This document shows positions 25,029 to 34,854 of a DNA stretch of 60,917 nucleotides, piece by piece. Under the pieces are notes generated by a model. That model made no database searches, was not told the origin of the DNA, and saw only the letters and a program-made list of their open reading frames with translations. Where the stretch lies: positions 1 through 60,917 of the forward strand of contig JBCCLG010000001.1 of assembly GCA_039027015.1 (NCBI GenBank). Direction: 5' to 3'. Numbering within the stretch: the first letter of the stretch is position 1; each line of letters begins with the position of its first letter. A program made the position numbers and the translations under genes. The stretch comes from Acidobacteriota bacterium. Lineage in GTDB: Bacteria > Acidobacteriota > Thermoanaerobaculia > Multivoradales > J023.

Positions 25029-25811
25029 TCAGGCGCTGGCCGAGGAGGCCACGACCCCGTCGGCGCGCACCTGGTCTTCGATCCACGAATAGCCCTTCTC
25101 CTCCAGCTCGAGGGCCAGGCTGGCGTCACCGGTGCGCACGATGCGCCCGTCGACAAGCACGTGCACCACGTCCGGCTTGATGTAGTCGAGCAGGCGCTGG
25201 TAATGGGTGATGACCAGAAAGGAGCGGCCGTCGCCGCGCATCGTGTTGACGCCGTTGGCGACGATGCGCAGGGCGTCGATGTCGAGTCCGGAATCCGTTT
25301 CGTCGAGCACGGCGAGCTTGGGATCTAGCACCGCCATGTGGAAGATCTCGTTGCGCTTTTTCTCGCCGCCCGAGAAGCCGTCGTTTACCGGCCGCTGGAG
25401 GAGCTTCTCGTCCATCTGCACGAGCTTCATCTTCTCGCGGGCTAGCTTGAGAAAGTCGACGGCGTCCAGCTCGGGCTCGCCGCGATGCTCGCGGGTGGCG
25501 TTGAGGGCGGCCTTGAGAAAGTAGGTGTTTGAAACGCCGGGTATTTCGACCGGGTATTGGAAGGCGAGAAAGATGCCTTCGCGGGCTCGCTCCTCGGGCT
25601 CCATCTCGAGCAAATCCTCGCCGCAAAAGGTCACGGCCCCGTCGGTCACCTCGTATTCATCTCGGCCCGCGAGCACCTGGGCGAGGGTACTTTTACCGCT
25701 GCCGTTCGGGCCCATGATGGCGTGTACCTCGCCATCGCCTACGTCGAGGCAGAGACCTTTTAGGATCTCGGCACCCTCGATGCCAGCGTGCAAATTATCG
25801 ATCTTCAACAT
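25029..25811 (-). CDS. sufC: Fe-S cluster assembly ATPase SufC
   Basis: MLKIDNLHAGIEGAEILKGL...IMGPNGSGKSTLA (Walker A)...FSGGEKKRNEI...LAVLDETDSGLDIDAL. Confidence 0.95.
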   Translation of the reverse strand: MLKIDNLHAGIEGAEILKGLCLDVGDGEVHAIMGPNGSGKSTLAQVLAGRDEYEVTDGAVTFCGEDLLEMEPEERAREGIFLAFQYPVEIPGVSNTYFLKAALNATREHRGEPELDAVDFLKLAREKMKLVQMDEKLLQRPVNDGFSGGEKKRNEIFHMAVLDPKLAVLDETDSGLDIDALRIVANGVNTMRGDGRSFLVITHYQRLLDYIKPDVVHVLVDGRIVRTGDASLALELEEKGYSWIEDQVRADGVVASSASA

Positions 25812-25892
25812 CTCTCTCTCCGATGCGGTGAGGTTCCAAGGGTTTAGATCCGCTCCGGAAAGAACCTTCCGGACCCGGTAAGAAATTCCACG

Positions 25893-25931
25893 TTCGGGGC
25901 GTCGGCGGATAGAAAGAACCGACGCCCCGAA
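25893..25931 (-). other. Perfect 13-bp stem-loop in the sufB-sufC intergenic spacer. A second 7-bp hairpin lies at 25854..25873.
   Basis: ttcggggcgtcgg - 13-nt loop - ccgacgccccgaa, read directly. The neighbouring hairpin is tccggaa-agaacc-ttccgga. Both sit inside the operon transcript. Confidence 0.6.
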
Positions 25932-25955
25932 GCTATCGCTTGAGACCGAGACGAG

Positions 25956-27404
25956 CTAGCCGACGCTGCCTTCGAGGCTGATCTCGAGGAGCTTTGAGGC
26001 CTCGACGGCGAATTCCATAGGCAGTTCCTGGAAGACTTCCTTGCAGAAGCCGTTGACGATCATGGACACGGCGTCTTCTTCATCAATGCCCCGACTCTTG
26101 CAGTAGAAGAGCTGGTCCTCACCGATCTTCGAGGTCGTTGCCTCATGCTCCATTTGAGCGCTCGGATTCTGAACGTCGATGTAGGGGAAGGTGTGGGCGC
26201 CGCAGCGGTCGCCGATCAGCATCGAGTCGCACTGCGAGAAGTTGCGCGCGCCCTCGGCCTTTTTGTTGATCTTCACCAGGCCGCGATAGGTGTTCTGGCT
26301 CTTGCCCGCGGAAATCCCCTTGGAGATGATCGTTGATCGCGTGCGTTTGCCCATGTGGATCATCTTGGTGCCGGTATCGGCCTGCTGGTAATTGTTGGTC
26401 AAGGCGACCGAATAGAACTCGCCGATCGAGTCGTCGCCCTTGAGCACGCAGCTCGGGTATTTCCAGGTTATCGCGGAGCCTGTCTCGACCTGGGTCCAGG
26501 AAATCTTCGACCGCGCCCCGGCACACAGGCCGCGCTTGGTGACGAAGTTGTAAATACCGCCCTTGCCGTTCTTATCGCCCGGGTACCAGTTCTGCACCGT
26601 CGAATATTTGATCTGGGCGTCTTCGTGAGCGTAGAGCTCCACGACGGCAGCGTGCAGCTGATTCTCGTCGCGCATCGGCGCGGTGCAGCCTTCGAGGTAG
26701 CTGACCTGACTGCCCTTGTCGGCGATGATCAGAGTGCGCTCGAACTGCCCGGTGTTCATGGCGTTGATGCGAAAGTAGGTCGAGAGCTCCATCGGACAGC
26801 GCACGCCTTCGGGGATGTAGACGAAGGAGCCGTCGGAGAAGACCGCGGAATTGAGCGCGGCATAGAAGTTATCGCCCATCGGCACCACGGAACCGAGGTA
26901 TTTCTTGATCATCTCGGGATACTCGTGAACCGCTTCCGAGAAGGAAAGAAAAATGACTCCGATTTCCTTGAGCTTCTCGCGGAAGGTCGTCGCGACCGAA
27001 ACGCTGTCGAAAACCGCGTCGACCGCCACCACGCCGGCGAGCATCTTCTGCTCCTGAAGGGAGATACCCAGGCGCTCGTAGGTGCGCAGAAGCTCCGGGT
27101 CGACCTCGTCGAGACTCTTGGGCTTCTCTTTCTGCTTGGGCGCGGCGTAATAATGCAGATCCTGGTAGTCGACCGGCTCATAGTGCACGTTCGACCAGGT
27201 CGGCTCGGTCATCTTCTGCCATCTCCGAAAGGCGCGGAGCCGCCAGTCGAGCAGCCACTCGGGCTCATTCTTCTTGGAAGAGATCAGCCTTACGATGTCT
27301 TCATTGAGGCCCTTGGGAATAAATTCCTGCTCGATGTCGGTGACGAAACCGAACTTGTATTCTTCCGCGGCCAGGCGCTCGATGGTTTCGGTGGTGGTAG
27401 TCAT
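25956..27404 (-). CDS. sufB: Fe-S cluster assembly protein SufB
   Basis: 482 aa: ...[23 protein letters not shown]...[24 protein letters not shown]...[25 protein letters not shown] overlap with the Rrf2 gene stop. Confidence 0.95.
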   Translation of the reverse strand: MTTTTETIERLAAEEYKFGFVTDIEQEFIPKGLNEDIVRLISSKKNEPEWLLDWRLRAFRRWQKMTEPTWSNVHYEPVDYQDLHYYAAPKQKEKPKSLDEVDPELLRTYERLGISLQEQKMLAGVVAVDAVFDSVSVATTFREKLKEIGVIFLSFSEAVHEYPEMIKKYLGSVVPMGDNFYAALNSAVFSDGSFVYIPEGVRCPMELSTYFRINAMNTGQFERTLIIADKGSQVSYLEGCTAPMRDENQLHAAVVELYAHEDAQIKYSTVQNWYPGDKNGKGGIYNFVTKRGLCAGARSKISWTQVETGSAITWKYPSCVLKGDDSIGEFYSVALTNNYQQADTGTKMIHMGKRTRSTIISKGISAGKSQNTYRGLVKINKKAEGARNFSQCDSMLIGDRCGAHTFPYIDVQNPSAQMEHEATTSKIGEDQLFYCKSRGIDEEDAVSMIVNGFCKEVFQELPMEFAVEASKLLEISLEGSVG

Positions 27405-27886
27405 GCTCTCTCCTGAAGCGGAGCGGGTTGCGCCGTGGCGCGGTGTTCTTGGGAGACGTTGAGCTGTACGAGGGGCGGCGCCATCGGGATGGCAAGCTCC
27501 GCGAGGGTGATCTGCTCGAGCGCGGAACGCACGGCGCGGTTGATGCGCTGCCAGTTGCCGCGCAGATGGCAGGTCGCCTCCTGGCTACATTCACCCGGGC
27601 TATCCTCGATGCATTCCGTAAAGGCGATCGGCCCGTCGAGGACCTCGATCAGGCGGGCGACGCTGATGTCATCAGGGTGAGTCGAGAGCGAGTAGCCGCC
27701 TTTAACGCCGCGGTGGGAGTCGAGAACGCCGCCGCGCGCGAGCAGCTTCATGATCTTGCTCACGGTGGGCTGGGGGAGCTGCGTTTCGCCCGCCAACTCC
27801 GGCGCTGCGAAACGTCTTTCCGGCTGCACTGCCATGATCGACAGGAGCACGATGCCGTAGTCGGCCTGTTTGGTCATTCGTAGCAT
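27401..27886 (-). CDS. Rrf2-family transcriptional regulator (IscR/SufR-like); first gene of the suf operon
   Basis: [19 protein letters not shown]...[30 protein letters not shown]. Cys residues ([20 protein letters not shown]) are consistent with a cluster-binding site. Confidence 0.9.
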   Translation of the reverse strand: MLRMTKQADYGIVLLSIMAVQPERRFAAPELAGETQLPQPTVSKIMKLLARGGVLDSHRGVKGGYSLSTHPDDISVARLIEVLDGPIAFTECIEDSPGECSQEATCHLRGNWQRINRAVRSALEQITLAELAIPMAPPLVQLNVSQEHRATAQPAPLQERA

Positions 27887-27994
27887 GATGGAGTCCGTAG
27901 TGACGGATGGCTGGGCAGGGGAGCTGGGGGAAGGTGATCAGACGGGAGTCCGCCCGGCACTGTGGACGGCCCCACAGTATACCGCTTAAGCGTC

Positions 27995-28013
27995 CTTTAG
28001 ACAAAGTCTAAAG
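27995..28013. promoter_or_regulatory. AT-rich perfect palindrome CTTTAGAC-aaa-GTCTAAAG, ~110 bp upstream of the Rrf2-suf operon; candidate operator
   Basis: Read directly. It stands out from the GC-rich surroundings. The assignment to the Rrf2 regulator is inference only. Confidence 0.3.
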
Positions 28014-28105
28014 CAGCTTAGCGAGACGTCTGTTCCGACGCCTCCACATTCGCCAAAAGCGCCTTCGCAGATGCCGCGGTCGACCGAGCCGCGACATCCC
28101 GTACC

Positions 28106-29995
28106 CTAGTCGTCGAGAACTTCGCGGACCTTGCGCGCCAGCGCCTCCGGTGAGAAGGGCTTGGGGAGAAAGGCCGCTTTCTGCTGGGTCAGCAGTTTGA
28201 CGCCGGTGTGACTGTCGGTATAACCCGACATGAAGAGGATCTTGAGATCGCTAAAGCGCTGTTTCAAGTCTTCCGCCAGGGCGAGGCCAGAGCGGCCCGG
28301 CATGACGACATCGGTGAGCAGAAGGTCGGGGCTCGACTCCTGCTCGTCGCACAGGGCGATCGCCGCGCGGGCGTTTCTCGCCGCCATCACCCGATAGCCC
28401 TGCAGCTCGAGAATTTGACGCACTAGGGTGCGCACCGACGTCTCGTCCTCCACTAGCAAAACCCGCTCACTTCCGCGCGGCACCGGCTGGCCGTGGGCGG
28501 CCGACGACTCGGGGATCTTCGGTTTGGGGGGCACGTGGATCGGAAAGAAGAGATGAAAGACCGAGCCCTCTCCTTCAGCGCTCTCGACCTCGATGAACCC
28601 CCCGGACTGCTTGATAATGCCGTAGACGATCGCGAGACCCAGGCCCGTGTTGTGACCGCGGCCTTTGGTGGTGAAGAAGGGCTCGAATAGATGCTCTCGA
28701 ACCTTTTTTTCCATGCCTGTGCCGGTGTCCTCTACCTTGAGGATCACATAATCACCCGGGACGGGCGTGCGCGGCAGGCTCGGATCGTCCGACGGCATGC
28801 GGGCCCTGCGCGTGCCGAGCCTGAGGCTGCCGCCGTCGGGCATGGCGTCACGGGCGTTGACCGCCAGATTCAGGATGATCTGCTCGATCTGGCCCTGGTC
28901 GGCGTAGATCGCCGGGAGCTCAGGGTCGAGCCCGGTGCGCAGCTCGATATCCTCGCCGATCACGCGCTGGAGTAATTTCTCCATGTCGAGAACGGCGCGG
29001 TTCAGGCTGATGCGCCGGGGCGAGACCACCTGATGACGCGACAGGGTCAGCAGCCTGCGGGTGAGGTCGGTAGCGCGCTTTCCGGCCTTCCGAATCTCCT
29101 CCAGGGCGCCGCGCTGGGAGTCGTCTTCGGCCATGCGGGCGAGGGCGAGTTCGCTGTAGCCGTTGATGGCCGTGAGCAAATTGTTGAAGTCGTGGGCCAC
29201 GCCTCCGGCCAGCCGACCCACGGCCTCCATTTTCTGCGACTGCCGCAGCTGCTCCTGCAGCTGCCGCTGCTCGGTGACGTCGCGCAGAATGCCGCGAAAG
29301 CCGACGATCTCTCCGCGGCTATCGTGCACCGCCGACGCCGTCTCTTTGATGCGCAGGCGGCGGCCGTCGCGGGTCTTGAGCTCGAGCTCCTCTTCTTCGA
29401 GGAAGCCCTGCTCCATGAAGAGCGCTTCCGAGCGCTTGCGGTCTTTGGGGTTCCAGTAAAGATCGCGGGCGATGTCGAGCTCGAGCATCTGCTCTTTGGA
29501 GTCATATCCGAAGAGCCTGACGCCCGCCGGGTTGACGTCGAGCACCGAGCCGGAGTTGGTGCCGATCAGGATGGCGTCCCGCGATTCCTCGAAAAGCCGC
29601 CGAAATTTCCCCTCCGACTCGAGCAGGGCATCCTGGGCGATGCGCCGCTCGGTGACGTCGCGGGCGTCGAGCAGGATGCCTTCGATTCCGAAGTCGGCGG
29701 CGGGGAGGCTCGCCGCGGTTTCGAGCACCTTGAGGCCGGACTGGGTCTCAACCCGCAGCTCCGTCGGCACCCGGCGCGGGTCGACGAGGGTGGCGCGCAG
29801 CAGCTCGTGATCCTCGGGATGGATCAGGCTGAACAGGTCGGAGCCCACCAGATCCTCCCGGAGTCGCCCGAGGAGCAGCTCGACGGAGGGATTCACGTAG
29901 ACGAGCGTGCCGTTTTGGGCCACGACGCACAGCAGATCGGAGGAGTGCTCCACGAGAGCGCGAAATCGGGCTTCATCGGACATGAGATCGATCAC
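28106..29995 (-). CDS. Hybrid sensor histidine kinase (2x PAS, HisKA, HATPase_c, C-terminal receiver)
   Basis: H-box [13 protein letters not shown] boxes ([10 protein letters not shown]..., TGTGM..., [10 protein letters not shown]), and a C-terminal REC domain ([12 protein letters not shown]...[14 protein letters not shown]...FMSGY...LPKPF). Confidence 0.9.
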   Translation of the reverse strand: MIDLMSDEARFRALVEHSSDLLCVVAQNGTLVYVNPSVELLLGRLREDLVGSDLFSLIHPEDHELLRATLVDPRRVPTELRVETQSGLKVLETAASLPAADFGIEGILLDARDVTERRIAQDALLESEGKFRRLFEESRDAILIGTNSGSVLDVNPAGVRLFGYDSKEQMLELDIARDLYWNPKDRKRSEALFMEQGFLEEEELELKTRDGRRLRIKETASAVHDSRGEIVGFRGILRDVTEQRQLQEQLRQSQKMEAVGRLAGGVAHDFNNLLTAINGYSELALARMAEDDSQRGALEEIRKAGKRATDLTRRLLTLSRHQVVSPRRISLNRAVLDMEKLLQRVIGEDIELRTGLDPELPAIYADQGQIEQIILNLAVNARDAMPDGGSLRLGTRRARMPSDDPSLPRTPVPGDYVILKVEDTGTGMEKKVREHLFEPFFTTKGRGHNTGLGLAIVYGIIKQSGGFIEVESAEGEGSVFHLFFPIHVPPKPKIPESSAAHGQPVPRGSERVLLVEDETSVRTLVRQILELQGYRVMAARNARAAIALCDEQESSPDLLLTDVVMPGRSGLALAEDLKQRFSDLKILFMSGYTDSHTGVKLLTQQKAAFLPKPFSPEALARKVREVLDD

Positions 29996-30089
29996 TATTC
30001 CAAAAGGCCGGGGGCCTTTATCCGGCCGTCTGTCTTCCCGGCTCGCGGCTCGCGGCGGGTGGTGTGGGCTTCAGCGTTGAGTCAAAGAA

Positions 30090-31220
30090 TCATGGCGCCG
30101 GCCTCGAGACGGGCCGGGTATTGGCCGGATTGGCGGCTATCAGCTGCGCCACCCAGCGCAAGTCCTCGGTGTTCTCAGCGGCGATGCGCAGGATCATGGT
30201 CAGCGGTACGGAGAGGAGCATACCGACCGGACCCCACATCCATCCCCAGAACACCAGAGAGAGAAAGACCACCAGCGTAGAAATTCCGAGCCGCCGACCC
30301 ATCAGGTGGGGCTCGACGAAATTACCTAGCGTGATGTTGATCACCAGATAGCCAAGCACCACCACCAGAGCAGTGGCCGTGCCGCTGTCGATCCAGGCCA
30401 GAACCAGAGGCGGCCCCGACGCGATGATCGAGCCGAGGCTTGGAATGTAGTTGAGAAGAAAGGCGATCAGACCCCAAAGAACGGGAAAGTTGACTCCCAG
30501 AAGGGCTACCCACAGGCCGGCCGCAACGCCCGTACCCAAACTGATCAGGGTCTTGTAGATCAGATAGCGCTGCACCTCCAGCTTGGCCGTCGTCATGCGC
30601 CTCATGGCCGCCGGCGACCAGCCCAGGGCGATCTCGAGCTTGCGCGGCAGATGGCGGGACTCAAAGAGAAGGAAGACCATCAGCAGGAGCACCAGCAGCG
30701 AGCGGGTCAGCAGCCCGGCGATTCCCAGCAGGGTGCTGCTGACCACCTCCAGGAACGCGTCGAAGCCGATCACCGGGTCCGATTCATCCTCGAGCGGCGA
30801 AGGCAGGTCTTCCGTTCTCGACTGCAGCCAGTCGAATTGCGAGACGTCGACGCCGAAATCCTCGAGCCACTGCACCGCCGAACCCGCCCGATCTTCGAAG
30901 CGCTGCTGGTAGTCCGGCAGGGACTCCGTGAAGGCCCGGACCGAACCCCCGACCATCAGGCCCATGACTACCAGCACCGCCAGATTGGTGAGGACGGTGG
31001 AAAGGACGGCGAAGAACACCGGCAGGCGCGCCGCCAGCCAGGAGAAGACCGGCGAGGACAGCACCACCAGAAAGATCGCGATCAGCAGAGGCAGGGCGAT
31101 CGGCCGGATTTCCCGCAGCCCGGCGATGACGATGACCAGGGAAGCGGAGATAAAGAGGAAGCGCGCGCCGCGCTGGCGGATTTCCTTGGGCAGGAGGGCG
31201 GGCCTGCTGCTGCTGCTCAT
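30090..31220 (-). CDS. AI-2E family transporter (PerM/UPF0118 permease)
   Basis: 376-aa polytopic protein. The C-terminal signature ...FLLNYIPSLGSII...GNFVEPHLMGRRLGISTLVVFLSLVFWGWMWGPVGMLLSVPLT is typical of the family. Confidence 0.8.
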   Translation of the reverse strand: MSSSSRPALLPKEIRQRGARFLFISASLVIVIAGLREIRPIALPLLIAIFLVVLSSPVFSWLAARLPVFFAVLSTVLTNLAVLVVMGLMVGGSVRAFTESLPDYQQRFEDRAGSAVQWLEDFGVDVSQFDWLQSRTEDLPSPLEDESDPVIGFDAFLEVVSSTLLGIAGLLTRSLLVLLLMVFLLFESRHLPRKLEIALGWSPAAMRRMTTAKLEVQRYLIYKTLISLGTGVAAGLWVALLGVNFPVLWGLIAFLLNYIPSLGSIIASGPPLVLAWIDSGTATALVVVLGYLVINITLGNFVEPHLMGRRLGISTLVVFLSLVFWGWMWGPVGMLLSVPLTMILRIAAENTEDLRWVAQLIAANPANTRPVSRPAP

Positions 31221-31231
31221 CGAGGCGAACC

Positions 31232-32326
31232 TCAGCCCGCGGCGGCAGCGGTTTGCAGGGCCGCGCGGATGCTCTCGGTAAAAGGCGGCTCGAGCACGCC
31301 CACTTCGGTGATCAGGCCGGCCACCAGCTCGTTGGGGGTGACGTCGAAGGCGAAATTGGTGGCCCGCGTGGCGTCGGGAGCCACCCGGGAACCGCCGAGC
31401 GCCGTGACCTCGGACGAGTCACGCTCCTCGATCGGAATGTCGTCGCCCGAGGCCGTGTGCGGATCGAGGGTCGAGGTCGGCGCCGCCACGTAGAAGGGAA
31501 CGCCGTGGCGCGCCGCCAGAACCGCGACGGTGTAGGTTCCGATCTTGTTGGCTACGTCGCCGTTGGCGGCGATCCGATCGGCGCCGACCACCACCCTATC
31601 GACCAGGCCGCGGGACATCAGCGCGCCGACGCTCGAGTCGGTGACCAGGCGGTAGGGGACCCCCAGCTTTTCCATTTCCCAGGCCGTGAGGCGCGATCCC
31701 TGAAGCAGGGGCCGGGTTTCATCGACCCATACGTGGCCGACTCGTCCGTCGCGGAAGGCGGAGGCGATCACCCCGACCGCGGTGCCGAAGCCGGCGGTTG
31801 CCAGCGCGCCGGCGTTGCAGTGGGTCAGCACGCGATCGCCGCTCGAGAAAAGCTCGACGCCATGGGAGCCCAGCCTCCTGTTGGCGGCGACGTCTCGGGA
31901 CTGCGTCTCCAGGGCCCAGGCGGTGAGGGCCTCGCGCACGGCGGCGGCGCCGCCCTCGCGGTGCGCCTCGAAGACCTCCCGGCCCCGCTCGAGCGCCCAG
32001 CGCAGGTTGACCGCGGTCGGCCGCGTGGCCAGGAGCAGCTCAAAGGCCCCCTCGAAGCGCTCTGCGAGGTCCGCGTCGCTCGCTTCTTGAATCCCGAGGA
32101 CAAGACCGTAGGCCGCCGAGACGCCGATCGCCGGTGCTCCGCGGACGGCGAGCCGCTCGATAGCCGCGCCCACGTCGGCGGGGGCCGCGCAGTCGAGCCA
32201 CTTTTCCTCCGCAGGCAGCAGAGTTTGATCGAGGAGCTTGAGGGTGCCGTTGTCAAAGCGGATCGGCTCGACGGCGTCGAAGAGATCGTCGCCAGCCCCG
32301 CTGACTACCCGTGAAGAATCGGCCAT
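31232..32326 (-). CDS. mtnA: S-methyl-5-thioribose-1-phosphate isomerase (eIF-2B alpha/beta/delta-like family)
   Basis: LKLLDQTLLP...LAVRGAPAIG...THCNAGALATAGFGTAVGVI...VDETRPLLQGSRLTAWE...GADRIAANGDVANKIGTY...PFYVAAPTSTLD. Confidence 0.85.
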   Translation of the reverse strand: MADSSRVVSGAGDDLFDAVEPIRFDNGTLKLLDQTLLPAEEKWLDCAAPADVGAAIERLAVRGAPAIGVSAAYGLVLGIQEASDADLAERFEGAFELLLATRPTAVNLRWALERGREVFEAHREGGAAAVREALTAWALETQSRDVAANRRLGSHGVELFSSGDRVLTHCNAGALATAGFGTAVGVIASAFRDGRVGHVWVDETRPLLQGSRLTAWEMEKLGVPYRLVTDSSVGALMSRGLVDRVVVGADRIAANGDVANKIGTYTVAVLAARHGVPFYVAAPTSTLDPHTASGDDIPIEERDSSEVTALGGSRVAPDATRATNFAFDVTPNELVAGLITEVGVLEPPFTESIRAALQTAAAAG

Positions 32327-32462
32327 AGCGGCGGATTCTATCGTCCGTGGGCCTCGAGCGCGATGGCGTCCAGCAAGAGGGCGCCGACGCCTGTCGGGTC
32401 GGCTCCCTTCCGCCCTCGCGGGCTCCCCATAGAGCGGCTCAAACTCAGTAGAATCCGGCGCA

Positions 32463-33458
32463 ATGCCGCAACATCAACCCTCCGAGTCCTCCCTGCTCGC
32501 GCGCCTTCGCCTGCGGGCCACGGGACTCAGCGCGCGTATCGCGCTCCCCGAGAGCGGCGACGCGAGGGTGATCGACGCGGCGACGCGGGCGGCGCAGCTC
32601 GGCCTCGCCGAACCGATCCTGATCGGCCCGAAGCGCGGCGGCAGCGAAGCGCCCGGCGTCTTGACCCTCGATCCCGAAGACGACGACCTTTCCTCCCTCG
32701 CCCTTCGCCTGGCCGAGGGAACGCCGAGCCGAGACCCCGAAAAGCTCCTCGAGCACCTGAGGGATCCGCTGCACTACGCCTGCGCCCTGGTGCGCGACGG
32801 CCGAGCCGACGGCGCGGTGATGGGGGCGGTCGCCACGACCGCCCAAACCCTGAGGGCAGCCCTCAGGACGGTGGGCGTCGACCCGCGCTATCGGGTCGTC
32901 ACCTCGTGCTTCCTGATGGAGATCCCGCCGGATGGTCGAGTGCTGGTCTACGCCGACTGCGGGGTGCTGCCCCGTCCGACGGCGGAGCAGCTCGTCGACA
33001 TCGCCATGCAGACCGCCGAGACTTATGAGGCCCTCGATCTCGGGCCGGCCAAGGTGGCGCTGCTCTCCTTTTCCACCCGCGGCAGTGCCCAGCACGAGAG
33101 TCTCGAGCCGGTGATCGAGGCGACGCGGCTGCTCGCGCGCCGCGGCGCCCCGTTTGCGTTCGACGGCGAGCTCCAGGCCGACGCCGCCCTGGTGCCCGCG
33201 ATCGCGAGCCGCAAGGTCCGGGACAGTCCTGTGGCGGGTGAAGCCAATGTCCTGGTCTTTCCTGACCTCAATTCCGGTAATATCGCCTACAAAATCACCG
33301 AGAGGTTGGCGGGCGCCCGAGCGATAGGCCCCCTTCTCCAGGGGCTCTCGAAGCCGATCCACGACCTCTCACGCGGCTGCTCGGCCGACGACATCGTCGA
33401 CACCATGGCGATCGCGGCCCTCGACGCGAATCGCTCCGAGCGGCCTTCCCATGGTTGA
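32463..33458 (+). CDS. pta: Phosphate acetyltransferase (short-form Pta; an acyl-group specificity other than acetyl is not excluded)
   Basis: 331 aa: RIALPESGDARVIDAA...ILIGP...GAVMGAV...LLSFSTRGSA...GELQADAAL...ANVLVFPDLNSGNIAYKI...GPLLQGLSKPIHDLSRGCS. Confidence 0.8.
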   Translation: MPQHQPSESSLLARLRLRATGLSARIALPESGDARVIDAATRAAQLGLAEPILIGPKRGGSEAPGVLTLDPEDDDLSSLALRLAEGTPSRDPEKLLEHLRDPLHYACALVRDGRADGAVMGAVATTAQTLRAALRTVGVDPRYRVVTSCFLMEIPPDGRVLVYADCGVLPRPTAEQLVDIAMQTAETYEALDLGPAKVALLSFSTRGSAQHESLEPVIEATRLLARRGAPFAFDGELQADAALVPAIASRKVRDSPVAGEANVLVFPDLNSGNIAYKITERLAGARAIGPLLQGLSKPIHDLSRGCSADDIVDTMAIAALDANRSERPSHG

Positions 33459-33552
33459 TCAGACCCAGACCCGGGCGAATGCCTCGTTCCTGTGCGGGTC
33501 GCGGGCTGAGCACATCCCAAGTGTTTGAGCGGTCCCACGTGCGGAGGCAGAA

Positions 33553-34836
33553 ATGAAAGTCCTGGTCATCGGTTCTGGCGGCAGAGAACATGCGCTGTGC
33601 TGGAAGCTGCGGCAAAGCCCGCGGCTGACGGAGCTTTATTGCGCCCCCGGCAATCCCGGCATCGCGCAGGTCGCGGATCCGGTTCCGATCCCCGCCGAGG
33701 AGGTGCACCAGCTGGCGGATTTCGCGCAGGACCTGCGCATCGACCTGACGGTTGTGGGGCCCGAACTGCCCTTGACCCTCGGCGTCGTCGACGAGTTCGC
33801 GAGCCGCGGCCTGGAGATTTTTGGCCCCAAGCAGCAGGCCGCCGAGCTCGAGGGCTCAAAGGTCTTCGCCAAGGAATTCATGAAGCGCCACGGCATTCCG
33901 ACTGCGGATTTTGGGATCGCCCACAACGCCGACGAGGCGCGGGAGATCGCCGCCGGCTTCGGGGGCTTCCCGGTGGTCCTCAAGGCGGACGGGCTCGCCG
34001 CGGGCAAGGGTGTTCTCATTCCCAAGGACGAGCGGGAGCTCGAGGAGGCCCTCGACATCTTCTTTGAGCAGCGCCGGTTTGGCGGCGCCGCCACGCGACT
34101 GGTGGTGGAAGAGTTCATCCCCGGGGAGGAGGTCTCCTTCACCGCGATCTGCGACGGTCAATACCCCCTGCCGCTCGCCACGTGCAGAGACTATAAGCGC
34201 CTCGGCGATGGGGACCAGGGACCGAACACCGGCGGCATGGGGGCCCACAGCCCGGCAGGACCCCTGGGCAGCGATTTCGCTAGCCAGGTGCTCGACCAAA
34301 TCGTGCGCCCGACCCTGACCGGCATGGCGTCTGAAAATCGCGATTTCGTAGGCGTGCTTTACGCCGGCCTGATGCTCACCGACGACGGCGTCAAGGTCCT
34401 GGAGTTCAACACCCGCTTCGGAGACCCGGAGACCCAGGCCCTCATGCTGCGCATGGACTCAGACCTCCTGCCCATCCTCCATCAGGCGGCGACCGGCCGC
34501 TTCGAGACCCTGCGCATGAGCTTCCGCAAGGAAGCCGCCGCCTGCGTGGTTCTGGCCAGCGGCGGCTACCCCGAGAAGCCGACCAAAGGCGAGCCGATCG
34601 GCGGCCTCGAGCAGGCGGCGGCCGCCGAGGGCGTGGAGATCTTCCACGCCGGAACCGCCACCCGTGAAGGCCAGGTGGTGGCCAGCGGCGGGCGGGTGAT
34701 CAACGTCTGTGCGGCCGGGCCACAGCTGCGCGACGCCCTTAAAAGAGCCTACCTCGCCGCGAGTCAGGTGCATTGGCCGAGCAAGATCTTGCGGACCGAC
34801 ATCGGTAAGCGGGTCCTGGAATCCGGCTTTCACTGA
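33553..34836 (+). CDS. purD: Phosphoribosylamine-glycine ligase
   Basis: MKVLVIGSGGREHALCWKL...LYCAPGNPGIA...VLKADGLAAGKGV...GPNTGGMGAHSP...LYAGLMLTDDGVKVLEFNTRFGDPETQ. Confidence 0.95.
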   Translation: MKVLVIGSGGREHALCWKLRQSPRLTELYCAPGNPGIAQVADPVPIPAEEVHQLADFAQDLRIDLTVVGPELPLTLGVVDEFASRGLEIFGPKQQAAELEGSKVFAKEFMKRHGIPTADFGIAHNADEAREIAAGFGGFPVVLKADGLAAGKGVLIPKDERELEEALDIFFEQRRFGGAATRLVVEEFIPGEEVSFTAICDGQYPLPLATCRDYKRLGDGDQGPNTGGMGAHSPAGPLGSDFASQVLDQIVRPTLTGMASENRDFVGVLYAGLMLTDDGVKVLEFNTRFGDPETQALMLRMDSDLLPILHQAATGRFETLRMSFRKEAAACVVLASGGYPEKPTKGEPIGGLEQAAAAEGVEIFHAGTATREGQVVASGGRVINVCAAGPQLRDALKRAYLAASQVHWPSKILRTDIGKRVLESGFH

Positions 34837-34854
34837 GCAGAGACGGGCTGAAAG

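Noticed and set aside
23625-25328. 567-aa + ORF. Similar ORFs: 22742..23125, 23138..23719, 26355..27416 and 27428..27883.
   Set aside because: All are antisense to the unambiguous sufS/sufD/sufC/sufB/Rrf2 genes.
29033-30280. 415-aa + ORF. Similar ORFs: 30651..31493, 31253..32314, 32445..33362 (-) and 34459..35643 (-).
   Set aside because: They are antisense shadows of the histidine kinase, AI-2E transporter, mtnA, pta and purD/lepB genes respectively.
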